The position numbers were made by a program, and so were the translations under genes. A DNA stretch of 63,442 nucleotides, counting the filler, from Octopus bimaculoides (taxonomy: Eukaryota): the NCBI RefSeq assembly GCF_001194135.2. It is 8 parts of 5 records of this genome, joined end to end, with 100 filler letters (N's around TTAATTAATTAA, not from the genome) between each part and the next. Parts side by side here need not be neighbours in the genome. Positions count along the whole stretch, not along the records: positions 34,558 to 59,869 come from NC_068987.1; 7 more parts are not named here. The stretch is one strand, 5' to 3'. Under the pieces are notes generated by a model. That model did not search any database and was not told the origin of the DNA. It saw only the letters and a program-made list of their open reading frames with translations. This document shows positions 37,620-52,004 of the stretch, in pieces (position 1 is the stretch's first letter; every line of letters starts with the position of its first letter).

Positions 37620-38749
37620 GTATTTATATATGTATATATGCATGTATGTATCTGCCATCTTCTTACCACTTTAACCAAAATATTTCTTGAAAATTTCCCT
37701 GCCGGCAGTACAACATTTCATGCACTTCTCACAGCCACGAGTAAAATATATTTTTCAATTGTTCTTTCAATACTCTTTTACTAAACAAACCATTTCAACT
37801 ACTTCCCTGCCATTTGGTGAAATAGTATTCAATCTGTGTGTGTACGTGTGTGTGTTTGTTTCTATATGTGTGTGTTGCTTTGATTATGTGTAAATATAGA
37901 TACGCGTTTGTATTTGTGAGTATGAATATATTACTTTTTGTGTGTATGTATATGTATATGCACATGCCTTTAAGTGCATACATACATGTTATATCCTTCT
38001 ATTCTTTTATGCGATTCAGTGGCAGCCATTCTGGAGCACTGCTTGCTTCATGATATTTTCAATGGCTATTCTCATGTGATCCGGTTTAACTTTTGTTGAA
38101 GGAGGGACTTTGATATTGCGACACACACACACACACGCGCATATATGCATGCAATGGGCTTTCACAGAGTTCCTGTTCAAATCAATCGCAAAGCTTTGCC
38201 CGGCCCGAGACCAAAGTAGTTGCGAATCGAACTTTGATGACCTGTTTAAAAGGTGCGAACACGAATTCTGAGCCAGAGATTTTTAACCCTCCTCTGACAT
38301 GGTACGCAAATTCGTGTTAATTGCAATGTTTCACTTTTAATGGCCATCAAATATTTAACACAATTTCTCCTCCCCTCCTCATCCTCCTTCTCCTCCTCCT
38401 CTACGTCATACTATTTTCTCGTTCACGGTGCTGGGGCAATTGTTTTCTTTTTGTATTTATACGTTCATCGAATAGCCGATTTTTATATTCGAGCTAACTA
38501 ACACTTGGATTAGGCTTAATCTTAATCCAATGTTCCAAAGATAGATATGTAAAAATAAGCCATCATAATAACGAAAAGTACTTTTACTTAAACACACACA
38601 CACACACAAACACATACACACACATACATCCAGACACATACACACACATACAGCACAGTGCTTCTAATTCAATAATAACAAATGTTACTGCTGCTGCTGC
38701 TACTACTACTACTACTACTATATAATAATCTTCCCTACTATAGACAGAA

Positions 38750-38940
38750 GGCTTGTAGCGTTGGGTGAGAGGTTCGTCGATTACATCAACTTCAAAGCTC
38801 AATTGGTACTTCTCTTATCGATTCCGATTGATGAAACGCAAGGTCGCCTTCAGTGGAATTTTTAATTTAGAACGTAAAACCAGACGAAATGCCGCTAAGC
38901 ATGTTACCAGGTATAATAACGATTCTGCTCGTTGCCCACG
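38750..38940 (-). mobile_element. Degenerate SINE family C
   Basis: GTCGATTACATCAAC, TGGTACTT, TAACGATTCTGC blocks. Confidence 0.55.
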
Positions 38941-39049
38941 CGACGACGGCGATGAAAATACAGATTTCTTACATGGCCTAAAAGGAGAAAATGAAATGAA
39001 GCGAACGGTCAACAGAAAATATCGAACCCAAATATTTCATTATTAATCT

Positions 39050-39130
39050 GCATTATCGCCTCAAGAGCATTATCGCCTCAAAAGCATTATCGCCGCAAGA
39101 GCATTATCACCGCATTATTGCCGAAAGAGC
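39050..39130 (+). repeat. 17-bp minisatellite (GCATTATCGCCTCAAGA) about x4.5
   Basis: Read directly; the later units degenerate. Confidence 0.85.
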
Positions 39131-40523
39131 TAAAGTCCACCACAGACCTCTGCCAGATTTGAACTCATTAACTAAAGGCCCGTGACTATATACAGCTGTA
39201 TTATTCCTACGGTTTACTTATATTCGTACAGACAATGTTCATGATGATTGCGCTGAAAGCCATGATGATAATCGTCATTATCATATAAGCATCTTCATCG
39301 TGGCTACAACGGTTAATTCCGTTATTATACATGCAGTCGTTTTTGTTTTTACCTTGGGTCACTATTTTTTTCAATCCAGCACATTCCAGCAATGACAAAT
39401 TCGCAACAGAAAGGTCAATTTAATTACAATATATTAAAGGTCCCCACCCTAAATATCCTATCTCTCTCTCTCTCTCTCTCACTCTCTCTCTCTCTCTTCC
39501 CCAACTATCTCCCTCCCTTCCTCTAATCTCTCTCTCTCTCTCTCTCTCTCTGTATATATCTATGTATATACGTACTTATATGAACCTATTTATAGACATG
39601 TATATATGAATTTGTATGTATCTATATATGCATATAGATATATATAAGTATTTATACGTACGTACAAATATAAGTATATATATACATACATATATATATA
39701 TATATATANNNNNNNNNNNNNNNNNNNNNNNNNNNNNNNNNNNNNNNNNNNNNNNNNNNNNNNNNNNNNNNNNNNNNNNNNNNNNNNNNNNNNNNNNNNN
39801 NNNNNNNNNNNNNNNNNNNNNNNNNNNNNNNNNNNNNNATATATATATGTATATATGTATATGTATATTTATGATATATATGTGAGTACATATGTGTGTT
39901 TGCAGATAGATAAGCATATCTAAATATGCATATTAAAAGGCTGCTTATAACGGTGTAACGTAATTTTTTTCTATATATTCCTGCGGTTGCATATTTAAAT
40001 TATATATGTATGAGTCTGTAGCATACAAATGTTGAATAATAATTACATATTCATAATCCTCCACGCTCACGTGCACAGGTGTATAGTGACATAAAAATTA
40101 TCCATAAGTCATATGAGCTATCTACCCCAACAAAACCTCAACCAACAAACAATATATATGAGCATTGTGCGTGTGTGTGTTTGTGTGTTTGTATGAGACT
40201 ACATATGTGTGTTAGCAGTATTTAATTAATATTACTATGCATCTATGAGTCTGCAGATATATGTGGAATATGTGTATTCAATTACACGAAAATCTAAGAG
40301 ATCTTGACTGCCAAACTAAATGTCAATATATGATACAACGGTTTCAGCTTACTCAATGAATAATCGCCAAGCAAAGTGCCAATACATTAAATTTTGCTAT
40401 TACGCTATTATCTGAATTATATAAAGCTATGTGTGTGTGTGTGTGTTTGTGTCTATTATATATATATATATATAATGTGGGTGGCTTATTACCAGTTTAA
40501 AACCTAAAGGCAAATTTATAAAC

Positions 40524-40641
40524 GTCACTAAAGTGACATGGGTATTGCTAGAAATAAAACTCAAAACGTGAAGCTAATGAGTCGTTTTGACTCCTATTTC
40601 TAGCAATGCTGGTACCACTTTGTAACCTTGTCACTTTTGAC
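40524..40641. repeat. Imperfect 118-nt inverted repeat / hairpin
   Basis: AAAGTGACA/TGTCACTTT, ATTGCTAGAAATA/TATTTCTAGCAAT and TCAAAACG/CGTTTTGA nested around a 14-nt loop. Confidence 0.8.
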
Positions 40642-40976
40642 AACTATCCATCGTATGTTATTATCCATTTGATTATGATATACCAAGGGAATTTAAGATT
40701 TGTCGGACTTCCAAGAATATACCAGCGACGTACTATTCTAAGTAACGCGTGATTTGGAGCAGCCTCTTAGACACTGAATACTCATAGGGATAGTTTTTCT
40801 GTGTGTACACAATTGAAATATCCTATTTGATACTCACCAACCGTAGTCCGGCAGCACAGAGATTACCCAACTCTACCTGGTGCATACCTTGTCAAGGACC
40901 TGAGTTTAACTGAATCCTTATTTTACTATCTATTTATCTATCAATCTATCTATCTGTCTATCTATCTATGTCTCTC

Positions 40977-41058
<82 letters not shown>

Positions 41059-42212
41059 TACACAGGTAATCATTCATACATATACTTACGTACATTTGAA
41101 TATATGTACGTAAAAAAAATATATATAAAAAAAATATATACCACCATGTGTTATATAAGTACACACGCATATAAGTACACACACACACATATATATGGAT
41201 ATATACACATGGATATAAATAAATATATACAATATATATATATATATATATATNNNNNNNNNNNNNNNNNNNNNNNNNNNNNNNNNNNNNNNNNNNNNNN
41301 NNNNNNNNNNNNNNNNNNNNNNNNNNNNNNNNNNNNNNNNNNNNNNNNNNNNNNNNNNNNNNNNNNNNNNNNNNNNNNNNNNNNNNNNNNNNNNNNNNNN
41401 NNNNNNNNNNNNNNNNNNNNNNNNNNNNNNNNNNNNNNNNNNNNNNNNNNNNNNNNNNNNNNNNNNNNNNNNNNNNNNNNNNNNNNNNNNNNNNNNNNNN
41501 NNNNNNNNNNNNNNNNNNNNNNNNNNNNNNNNTATATATATATATATATATATATATATGTGGCTGCAGTAAAATGACTGAAACAAGTAAAAGAATAAGA
41601 AAAATATATATACAGGTACACGCACACACATACATGCATACATTCATACATACATACACACGCACATGTGAATACTCACATACACGCTCAAAATAATCTC
41701 TAATACTCGCATTCTGAGCTGAAAGATGTGTTACACTGACAATGTCTTGTTTATGTGGCTTCACCTATTCGCTGAACACAAAACACATACACACATGCAC
41801 ATACTTGCAAACACACACACACACACACACACACTCACACACACACACTCACACACATACACACACATTTATTAAAATGAAAAACATAAATATATAAAAG
41901 AATAAAAATAAAAATAAAAATAAAAAAAACACAATTGACAAAAATAGCTTTTATCTGAAAATAACCACTTTATATTGATAACTACTCCCACGACGTGTAC
42001 GTTCGTAATCAGTCTATTATAATGTGAGCTATTCCCACGGCACATTTTTCTCTTTCACGTAGCCATAGTTTATTATACAGGCCGACATTTTCGGACGTTT
42101 CCAATTTATATTACACTTGCAGTTAGTTCATTAACCACTTTTTCGATTTCTCAGCAAATTTCGGGGCCAATATCATTCAAGAATCAAGAATGAGGAGCTA
42201 CGACGATGGCGT

Positions 42213-42223
42213 CATTATTATTA

Positions 42224-42276
<53 letters not shown>

Positions 42277-43020
42277 TTGTATTTTCGTTAAATTTTGTCA
42301 TCGTTGTTGTTGTTGTTGTTGTTGTTGCTATTGTCATAGTTCTAGTCACTGTCGTTGTCCATTCTTGGAACTATGCTTACACCTCCTTCTCCTCTTCCTC
42401 CCCCTTCTTTTCATTCTTCTTTTCTTTTTTTGTTCATGTTGTTGTTGTTCTTCATATTCTTTTACTGCCTTTTCTTCTTGTTCTCTTTTCGCTGTTCCTG
42501 TTTGTTTTTGTATTCTTCTTCTTCTTCTTCTTCTTCTTCTTCTTCTTCTTCTTCTTCTTCTTCTTCTTCTTCTTCTTCTTCTTCTTCTTCTTCATCATCA
42601 TCATCACCTTCATCAACATCATCATCATCAACATCATCTTCATAATCATCATCATCGCCACCACAATCACCACCACCACCACCACCAGCATCATCATCAT
42701 CTTATTCTTCTTCTTCTTCTTCTTCTTCTAATTCATCATCATCATCATCATCATCAACATCATCTTCATCAACATCAACATCATATTCCTCAACATCATC
42801 ATCATCATCATTATCATCATCATCATCATCATCATCACCACCACCACCATCACCACCACCACCACCACCAGCATCATCATCATCATCCTCCACCTTCTCC
42901 TCATCGTCTTCTTCTTCTTCTTCTTCTTCTCCTTCTTTTCCTTCTTCCTCTTCCTCCTCCTCCTCCTCTTCCACCTCCCCCTCCTCTTCCATCTCATCCT
43001 CCCTCCCACTTCTCACCCCT
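42213..43020. repeat. 800-bp compound trinucleotide array (TTA, TTG, TTC, ATC, ACC, TCC)
   Basis: Read directly; explains the poly-L/H/S/E/K ORFs in the track. Confidence 0.95.
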
Positions 43021-43027
43021 CTGCCAG

Positions 43028-43095
43028 ACATGACGAGAACTCAAATAACGCCCGAATTGGCTGAACTAAAGCAATTAATGGATGGAAGGGTGTGA
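43028..43095 (+). CDS. Candidate terminal coding exon (xMTRTQITPELAELKQLMDGRV*)
   Basis: Long pyrimidine tract ending CTCTGCCAG, then a helical protein-like frame to TGA; no homolog recognised. Confidence 0.35.
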
Positions 43096-44322
43096 AGACG
43101 CGAATTTCTTTTTGTCTTTTTTCTCTTTCCTTATTTCCAAGGAATCCGGACATCGTAATGAACTGCTTCTCCAAGACTCCTTTATTATAAGACCGAAAGA
43201 ATCGGTGGAATTAGAAAAGATTGAGACGAGACGTGTTGTATGTGTGTGTGCGTGTGTGTGTGAGGGGATATGCGAGGTTTGAGGCAGGTGAGAGGTGTAT
43301 CCATGAGATCGAATCATTTAGGCCGAGGCAAACATTATATTTATGACAATAGCGTCAAGGGATCTCTCCGTGCGTGTATATGTGTGTGTGAGTATATCTG
43401 CGTGTATGCATGTGTGACATTGTGTCATTTATGTACAAGTGTGTGCGAATATCATGTGTGAATACCAGTATGTGTAACGTGTATGCATGAATTTAGATAT
43501 ACGCATGTGATTACCCCACCCCATATNNNNNNNNNNATATATATATATTTATACGTATATGTGCTCAATGAGCAGTATGCGTATGTTCACACACAAACAC
43601 ACATATGCGATAAGCTATTCCTGAGCGGGCACGTGTATGCATGTGTACGTGTTTTAGAGGCTGTATGTGTGTGTGCATTGTGCGAGTGTCATTGTATTTA
43701 TGTGTGTCTATGAGCGTGTGTTGTACGCCTATCTCTGTGTATATACGTGCATATTTGAGTGGAAACCGTATAATTTAATTCATGATTTTTTTTTTTAAAC
43801 AAAAATACTTCATGAGTATTTTACAGAAATTGACACGAATATATTCAGAAGAAATTAAGGTGATACATATATATATATGCATATAGATACATATACATAT
43901 ATATATACACACACACACACACACANNNNNNNNNNNNNNNNNNNNNNNNNNNNNNNNNNNNNNNNNNNNNNNNNNNNNNNNNNNNNNNNNNNNNNNNNNN
44001 NNNNNNNNNNNNNNNNNNNNNNNNNNNNNNNNNNNNNNNNNNNNNNNNNNNNNNNNNNNNNNNNNNNNNNNNNNNNNNNNNNNNNNNNNNNNNNNNNNNN
44101 NNNNNNNNNNNNNNNNNNNNNNNNNNNNNNNNNNNNNNNNNNNNNNNNNNNNATATATGAATATGTAAGTGTGTGTGTGTGTGTGTGGAATGAGACAGAA
44201 TGGGTAAGAGAGAGAGAGAGTTTTATACAACATATTTAATTTGCAATATTTTAACGGGATTAATTCCTGAAGAGACTGATGTAACAAGAATTTGCATAGT
44301 GTTATTATTTAGAAAACTTGCG

Positions 44323-44378
<56 letters not shown>

Positions 44379-44716
44379 AGTATGTATTTTATGTAGATCT
44401 GTATACATACATGTATGTATATATGTATGTTTATTCCTTGCAACCATTCCTGATCCAGTGAGGGTTTGTCTACAAATTAGGTTACATGAATAATTGTATG
44501 ATTTCATTACGGTTATGAAAACGAAGAATGAGAAGAAAAGATAATATTAAAAAATGTTTTTTCTTAATATTAGAAATATTTGAAAAGTTATCAGAATTTG
44601 TTTTCGTACCTGACTCCATCCCATCACTTCTCGCTTCTGACACCCAATGAAGACATGAGAACGAGTGTGATAAAACACACAAGCTCAAATACATACACAC
44701 CACATATCTCACAAAT

Positions 44717-44756
<40 letters not shown>

Positions 44757-47226
44757 ACAAAAAAGTTTGGTGGCAGGGACTAAGGTGTAGAACCATTTTA
44801 CAAATGTTTAGCTCGTGTTTTCAATGTGTTTCTTTTATTCATCACTCTAATATTGTTAAAGTGAAAACGCGGAGACACGAAGGGTGTACAATTAGCCAAT
44901 TAGAACTCCTGTACTTTAACCGACCCAGCTAATCATTCACAGTCCCGCTTTAGCATTTATATTTATTTATTTCAATCAAGAATATGCTTTAAGGTATCAT
45001 CGAATGACAAAACCGACAATAAAATTTTTTTTCTTTAAAATGGCGTTTGATACACTAGCACGCAAATATTTCATTTCCTTCTTCCAAATATAAAAATATA
45101 GTTTTTTCTAAATTTTTCATGTGAGTTGAGTGATGAGTGAGAAAAGAGAGTTACGCATTCTGTCACATTTAATTCTTTTTGCATCAAAATGTTTGACAAC
45201 TCGTAAGCACAATATATATAAGGCAGAAAATTTCCGATCCAGAAATTCCGAATAGTTATTGTTTCTGGCATAGGCCTCTCAAGGTTTCTAAATTTTGTAG
45301 GGAAGCAGGTTAGTCGAATACTATTAAACCCAATACTTGACTGGTAGGTCCTCAAGGTTGAGTGTCCTTGTTACCGTCAACAATACTGTAAGCGAAACAT
45401 AAATAATACGATTCATTGTAGTTGGAATTTCAGATTATATTGCATGCGATGCTTTAGATTGATTACTTACATCGCCCGCTTTTCACACTACAACGTAAGT
45501 TTTGTAAAATTAATGCAGTAAAGCCCTCTCTTGTTTTGCAATGAAACAGAGCTGGTCAGCAATACGAAGAAATGTCGATATTGTAATAAACTGTTTCGTA
45601 AAGCCTGCAACATGTGAATAATGGTTCCTTCTTGTTTCTTTCCACCTAACACCAACTTCCGTGCTACTGTAAAAGGCCATAGATATCATCTTTCTTCTCT
45701 TAATATATATATATATATATATATATGGAGATTCTCGCGTAAGCAGATCATTATTTACTGTTTTGACTTATTGACTGTTTCACACTGGATGGGCACGACT
45801 GCGTTTAAGGTCAAATAACGATATGTATATATGAAGCTCATCATTTAAGCGTTTGAATCAAATTGCATTCTTTTTATTAGCACATTCTGNNNNNNNNNNT
45901 ATATATATATACAGAGAATAGAGAGAGCGAGAGAGAAAAAGAGAAAGGTGTGTATTTTTCAGTGTCTTTCAAGTTTATTTCAAAAGAAAATATATTCATA
46001 GATACATTGTTTACTTGTTTTCAAGCAAGATGGGAAAGCAGTTTGATAATGGCAATTGTTTGCACGTGATGGAAAAGAAGTTAAAAAAATAAGAGTGTCA
46101 GACAGAAATTGTTCTACTAATATTTAAACAATTATTTCATATAATTAGACTGCAGGATATTAATATTAAAGAGTGATGAAATAGAACAAAATGAAAGATA
46201 TGATAAATTTGGGTAACCGACTTAGCGAAAAATGTCTAAAAGAACTTAGGAACGAACTAAACGGAGAAAATTCCGTAAAGCCTTCAAACCTGGACGTTAT
46301 TGTGATATTCTGCTGTTATACTTTGCTGAATGAAGAATGAACGCGTAGAAATGGTTAGAAGCAGAAGGAAATTGATAAGTATACACAATGGTCTCGATCT
46401 GTGAAGCAAGTTTGGGAGATCTTATATACCAGCTAAAGAATAATAAAGAACGCTATTCAACATTACAAACATGGTAAATTTGGTCATTATAGGGCTATAG
46501 AAGGATTTTAGGAAATATATAAAATAAAATAAAATTATAAATTACAAAGAACAGCGGTTTATATATGCTGCTAAGAAATCGATAAAAAAATAAATACTTG
46601 AAAAGAGAAAAAAAATAGTTGAAGTAAAAGAATATAAAGAGGAGGGTAGAAAATTGGAGAGAAAAAAATGTTAGACAAGCAATTCGTCAAGGAAACAGTA
46701 GACAACAATAGGGTTAGCTGAAAGGGAGCAGATTAAAATAAAAAAAAAAAAGGGGAGAAAAATTCTTGTCGGGATTGCACAAAAGCAAGCATTGAGAAAT
46801 AAACTGATTAAAAAGCAAAGATGATGATAAAAATAAAATCAAACTCGATACTAAGTGTCGGATTTGTGGCAAAAATAGTCAGATGTGTTAAACTATTTTG
46901 TTTTGTTATTGTTATTATTCTGCCCCTGGGGTCCCTGGACACTCGTGATTGAATGTGTCTATGACCAAAAGTATTTCGTCCGTGACCACCACGTCTTTGT
47001 TAGATGTATCTAAAACTGCATTTTTACAATGCAGGTGCTCTCAGGTGTAATCTCTAACATACGTAACTTGAATGAAATAGATACATTAGAGAGCATGTTC
47101 TTTTTGTCTTATTTATTTTTCTTTCCCGCAGAGAGAGAGCGGGGAGCTGTGAAGGTCACAGATTGCAATTTTCTGTACCTATAAAACCTTTAAAGAACAC
47201 ACATTTAAAGACGACAATGTATGATT

Positions 47227-47318
47227 TCAAAGAGATTCGGCTGCAGTTTCTAGGATATCAAACGTCGTCGTAGCTGCTTCCTTGTTGAACGTTAATCGAT
47301 TTAGCTGCGGAATGACTG
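47227..47318 (-). CDS. Candidate terminal coding exon (xVIPQLNRLTFNKEAATTTFDILETAAESL*)
   Basis: Acceptor ATATTTTACAG; 30 codons, GC- and CpG-richer than flanks; no homolog recognised. Confidence 0.4.
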
Positions 47319-48679
47319 CTGTAAAATATTGTATAACGGTTAAACGATGTATGAGAAAGCTGGAATATCCAACAGAAATTTATTTTGTAGAGAGTTTGGT
47401 GGTTAAAAGTTCGAAAAATCAAACGAATGAAAATTATATTTGGCAAAATATTTCACAAAAAAATACAAGAATAAAAATATAGGAAAATAGTAATTTGCTC
47501 AGGTAATCTGTAAGCTAGATGTCAAACAAGGTGAATATTCATTCCAATGAATTTTGTCAAAGATGACAAAATGTTATATAAACATTAAAAAAACAATAAA
47601 AAGGAAAAAAGTAAGCTAAAATTCGCACCAATGAAACTTGCCGGGAGCTGTTACTAAAATAAAAAAAGAACAAACCAGTAGTTTTCTTATAAGATTTCTT
47701 ATTGTAAAGTGATCATAAAATGTCTATGAAGTCTAAAATATAATAAGAGGGAACTAAACAAAATACTTAACATATAATAGAACTTTCTGTATTATATGAT
47801 TTCAAGAAGAGGTTTTAAGTAATGGATACGATTGAAATGTATATGGCTTGGACAAGATATATGATAACTGTGTTTTATAAAGGAAATATATTGTCATCGA
47901 ACCACTAGTAATAACTATACAGATTGTGGATTTAAGATTTTCGAATATTGACTGAGAATATCGATGTCGCCCTTTTATTCTAATCAGTATTGATCTTTGG
48001 GGAGTGTGGTTGAGTCTCTTGTTAATAAACGTAAATGGTAAACAACAATCAGAACTAAGAGCTCTCATAATAAATAAATTTAGCTCTCACTAAAACTTCT
48101 CATAATAATAATTTCTGATTTATGTACAATGGCTGTAAATTATTGCAGATGATGGCTATTCGATTAAATCTACTTCAGTTGACGAATAGTACTTTATTTC
48201 AGCATTAACGATCACAGCTTTAAAATTGTTCTTAATAATTGTGTATGAATTAGGCACAAAGTCATTAATTTTTTGTGTGAGAGGGTAAGTCGATTAAATT
48301 TAACTTAGTACTTCATTAGTACATTATTTTATCGACGTAAAGAGGTAGAAGACATTTTGCGAAGCATTTTGTCCCATGTTCAACGTTTAGGCCAAATATG
48401 ATTCTTAATGCTGTTTTCATACTTTTGCATAACACACAATAACAAAGTAAGCATGTAATAAGCATTACAAATAAAATATTTTCTATTATTCTTTTACTGT
48501 TGAGCCATAAGACAGCATGGTTATGCTACAACATATCGTCTTAATTTTTCGTCGTTGATATTGAGTTAAGGACGTCTTTCGGTCTGGTGTACAGAATGAC
48601 TAAAGTTATTTCCTTGACGTTAAGAAGGACACAATTCGACACACCATATTACGTTTGGACACATTATATACAAGCATAC

Positions 48680-48718
<39 letters not shown>

Positions 48719-50145
48719 AGTAAAAATAAGTACAAAAAAGGTGGTTTTTTTGTATGATTGTGTATAGAGGAATATATTATTTAGTTTAAAAGAGTTCCAA
48801 CACTGTCTGTTTTTTATGTTTTATTTATATTCCTGCAGAACCAATGTGGGGTATAGAATATGGAATATACAATATATAATATAAAATAAAATAAGATAAA
48901 AATGGATGGCACNNNNNNNNNNNNNNNNNNNNNNNNNNNNNNNNNNNNNNNNNNNNNNNNNNNNNNNNNNNNNNNNNNNNNNNNNNNNNNNNNNNNNNNN
49001 NNNNNNNNNNNNNNNNNNNNNNNNNNNNNNNNNNNNNNNNNNNNNNNNNNNNNNNNNNNNNNNNNNNNNNNNNNNNNNNNNNNNNNNNNNNNNNNNNNNN
49101 TATATATATATATATATTGTTGTATTTTGGTAATTTTTTTTTGTTAAGTAAACACACACACTATATATATTTTCCTTCACTCGTTTATTACTGTTCTTAT
49201 TTTATTATTTTAACCCCTGTCCATAGTTCAGAAATCTTTCGTCACACATCGGTGTCCTCTTCAGCAACACATTTCGTTTTCGTGTGTGTTCTTGCTCCAC
49301 TTACTCCATTCTTTCTCTCTCTACGCTAATATTGAACAGTGAGAATGAGTGATCAACACCACATCGCATTGGCAGATAAGTATTCTTTATTTCTGGGTTA
49401 AGAAAGTTACCAATGATTTCATGTTAAAAAGGAATTTCTTGAGAGGTTATGAAGCTTGCCACATGGGAATGTCGGTACTAGTGTCCATTTTGAATGTGAA
49501 AAACGAGAGTATCCAAAATGGAGACGAGTCTTGATGATTGTTAAGAGATAACTTTTGCAGGAAACCATTGGTAATCTTTTAACCCACAAATAAAGTAGAT
49601 ATATTACACAAGCACACACATGCTCATACATACAAATCAGTCGACTGAAACTAATACCTTTAAGTTCCCACGTTATCTATAAAAGTTTTTTTTTAATTTC
49701 CCTTTTAATACATAAATATATATATTGACCTTCGTGACGATGTTTCATCATGTCAAATATTTAGGTTTACATCATTCAGTTCGTTTAACATTTAGGGGTT
49801 GTTTAACGCGTAACACAATAACACACAAATATTTAAAAGGATAAAATTTGTTATCGAGTTTTTTACAAAATGCGTACTTCTTTATTTTTGCATTATATAT
49901 ATAGACAGGTTTATACATACACGGTCCTTGTCTCTCTCATCCATAGCTTTTATAAGGGCAGATATCATACGAGGTCAACTTTAAAATTGCTTGTAATATT
50001 TAGTTATTTAGATGCATTCTTCCACCCTTCTATAAGTTCAAATATTGGGTCGGAATAATATAGAATTAAAAAAAAATACAGGAATTTAATAATCGAACAC
50101 GTACTGCATCGAATTGAACCTTTGCCAATCAAAGAAATCAATACA

Positions 50146-50185
<40 letters not shown>

Positions 50186-51110
50186 TGTCTATATATCTGC
50201 GCGCACGTGTGTGTGTGTGTATTATACATGTTTTGTATCAGAGATGTTACCTTTTATTCTTTTGTCTTTCTTTTAATACTGATTTTGCGAATCTTTCGTT
50301 AATTCTCACATTCAGGTAAAGAATAAAAGGTTAATATGTGTATTGTGGTGTCGAATAATGCAGTTTCCTATTAGCTACGTGTCTATGAACTAAACAATAA
50401 AGACATTTAGAAAAATTCAAGTATTCCAATTTGCTATTCTTTCCGAATAATAGTGAGAACCAGTAGAAGGGAAGTTGACAAGAAATTAGGCGAACGTTAG
50501 GAGAGTTCTGATATCACAGTTAACTTCAATGTCGTCACGATAGATTTACTATTATTTATGTTTTTTTTTTAGTTTCTCAGCCACAAGCATATTTGCTTCA
50601 TATTAAACCGCCTAACGCATACACTCATATACATATAGAAACTCGCACACAATACGTAAACACATAATACATCATGTATTCAGATAATTTCCCCTGATTT
50701 GCTCTGCTCGGAGTTTCGTGTTTCCATTTCCCAAGTTGACACACCAGTGTTAACCCATACTCGTATATCTGAGAATGTATACATGCGCATAGACCAACAT
50801 ATACCTATATACACCCATATGTACATGTAATAATATAAATGTATAGATATATGCATATATCCATACATATATGTACATACCTACATCTATATGTATACAT
50901 ATATGCATATATGGGTTACATGTACGTATATAAATATCATATGCGTTTATAAGAACGCTTAGACATGTAGACACGTGCATAAAGACATACATATATACAT
51001 ATACGGGTATAAACATGTTTGATTAATTAAGAATAAAAACAAAATGGCATTTTATTCATTTCGACCCTAGTAATGAAGACATGTCAATACAATAACAGGA
51101 GTAACTACCA

Positions 51111-51223
51111 CTGCTGCTGCTGCTGCTACTACCAAACCCTTCACCCCACCACCCCACCACCACCACCACCACCACCACCACCACCACCGCCACCACTTAC
51201 TACTACTACTACTACTACTACTG

Positions 51224-51258
<35 letters not shown>
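51111..51258. repeat. Compound (CTG)/(CCA)/(CTA) microsatellite
   Basis: Read directly. Confidence 0.9.
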
Positions 51259-51260
<2 letters not shown>

Positions 51261-51805
51261 ATACAACATAGTGCTAACAGTAATAATAATCATATGAGGT
51301 ATTGATAATAATACTGTACTGAAGTGGATGAAACAACATTATAGGTAATGTTTAATAGCACCTCCCGCAGAAATTCTGTAGGTATGATCTGGAATTTAAG
51401 AGATTACCATAAGATACATAATTCCTTTTATAATTGTATTTTTTGGGGCAAACGTTTCATGATTTACATGGCGTAAAGTCCAGACGACACTGACAGTACT
51501 GTATTAGGAGCTGAGGTATTTGAAAACTACATTCTTTGTTATAGATCTGTCAGCTCTTCTGCCTTGAAATTTCTTGTTTTTCTTTTGTTTTTTCCTCAGT
51601 AACGCATATATGTGTGTGTGTGTGTGTGTTACTTTCTCAGATGCAGCACAGAATTTTGTCAGTGAACAGGTAAAAACCATAACTAATTATAACTCATGAT
51701 TTACTAAGTTATAATTAGTTATGGTTTTTACATAACTAATTATGTGTATGTATTTATGTATATATGTATGCATTTCTACATACATACATACATACATACA
51801 TACAC

Positions 51806-51858
<53 letters not shown>

Positions 51859-51861
<3 letters not shown>

Positions 51862-52004
51862 TCCGCGTTTCCATACAGTTTTCCGTTATCAAATTCTCTC
51901 TCAAAACATCGGTCGGCCCGAAGCTGTAGAAAAAAACACTTGCCAAAGGTACCTCGCAATGGGCCTGATCCTAAAACCACGCGCTTGCAAAGCGATCTTC
52001 TTAA
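51859..52004 (-). mobile_element. Diverged SINE family A, 5-prime half
   Basis: Reverse complement ...CCATTGCGAGGTACCTTTGGCAAGTGT...GGGCCGACC...GAATTTGATAACGGAAA. Confidence 0.65.

Noticed and set aside
42206-43033. 275-aa poly-Leu/His ORF and antisense acidic or basic ORFs
   Set aside because: Stop-free only because of triplet composition.
49221-49270. Minus-strand CUGAAGA...GAAA hammerhead near-match
   Set aside because: Stem II has an internal mismatch next to the core, and stem I and the cleavage triplet cannot both be satisfied.
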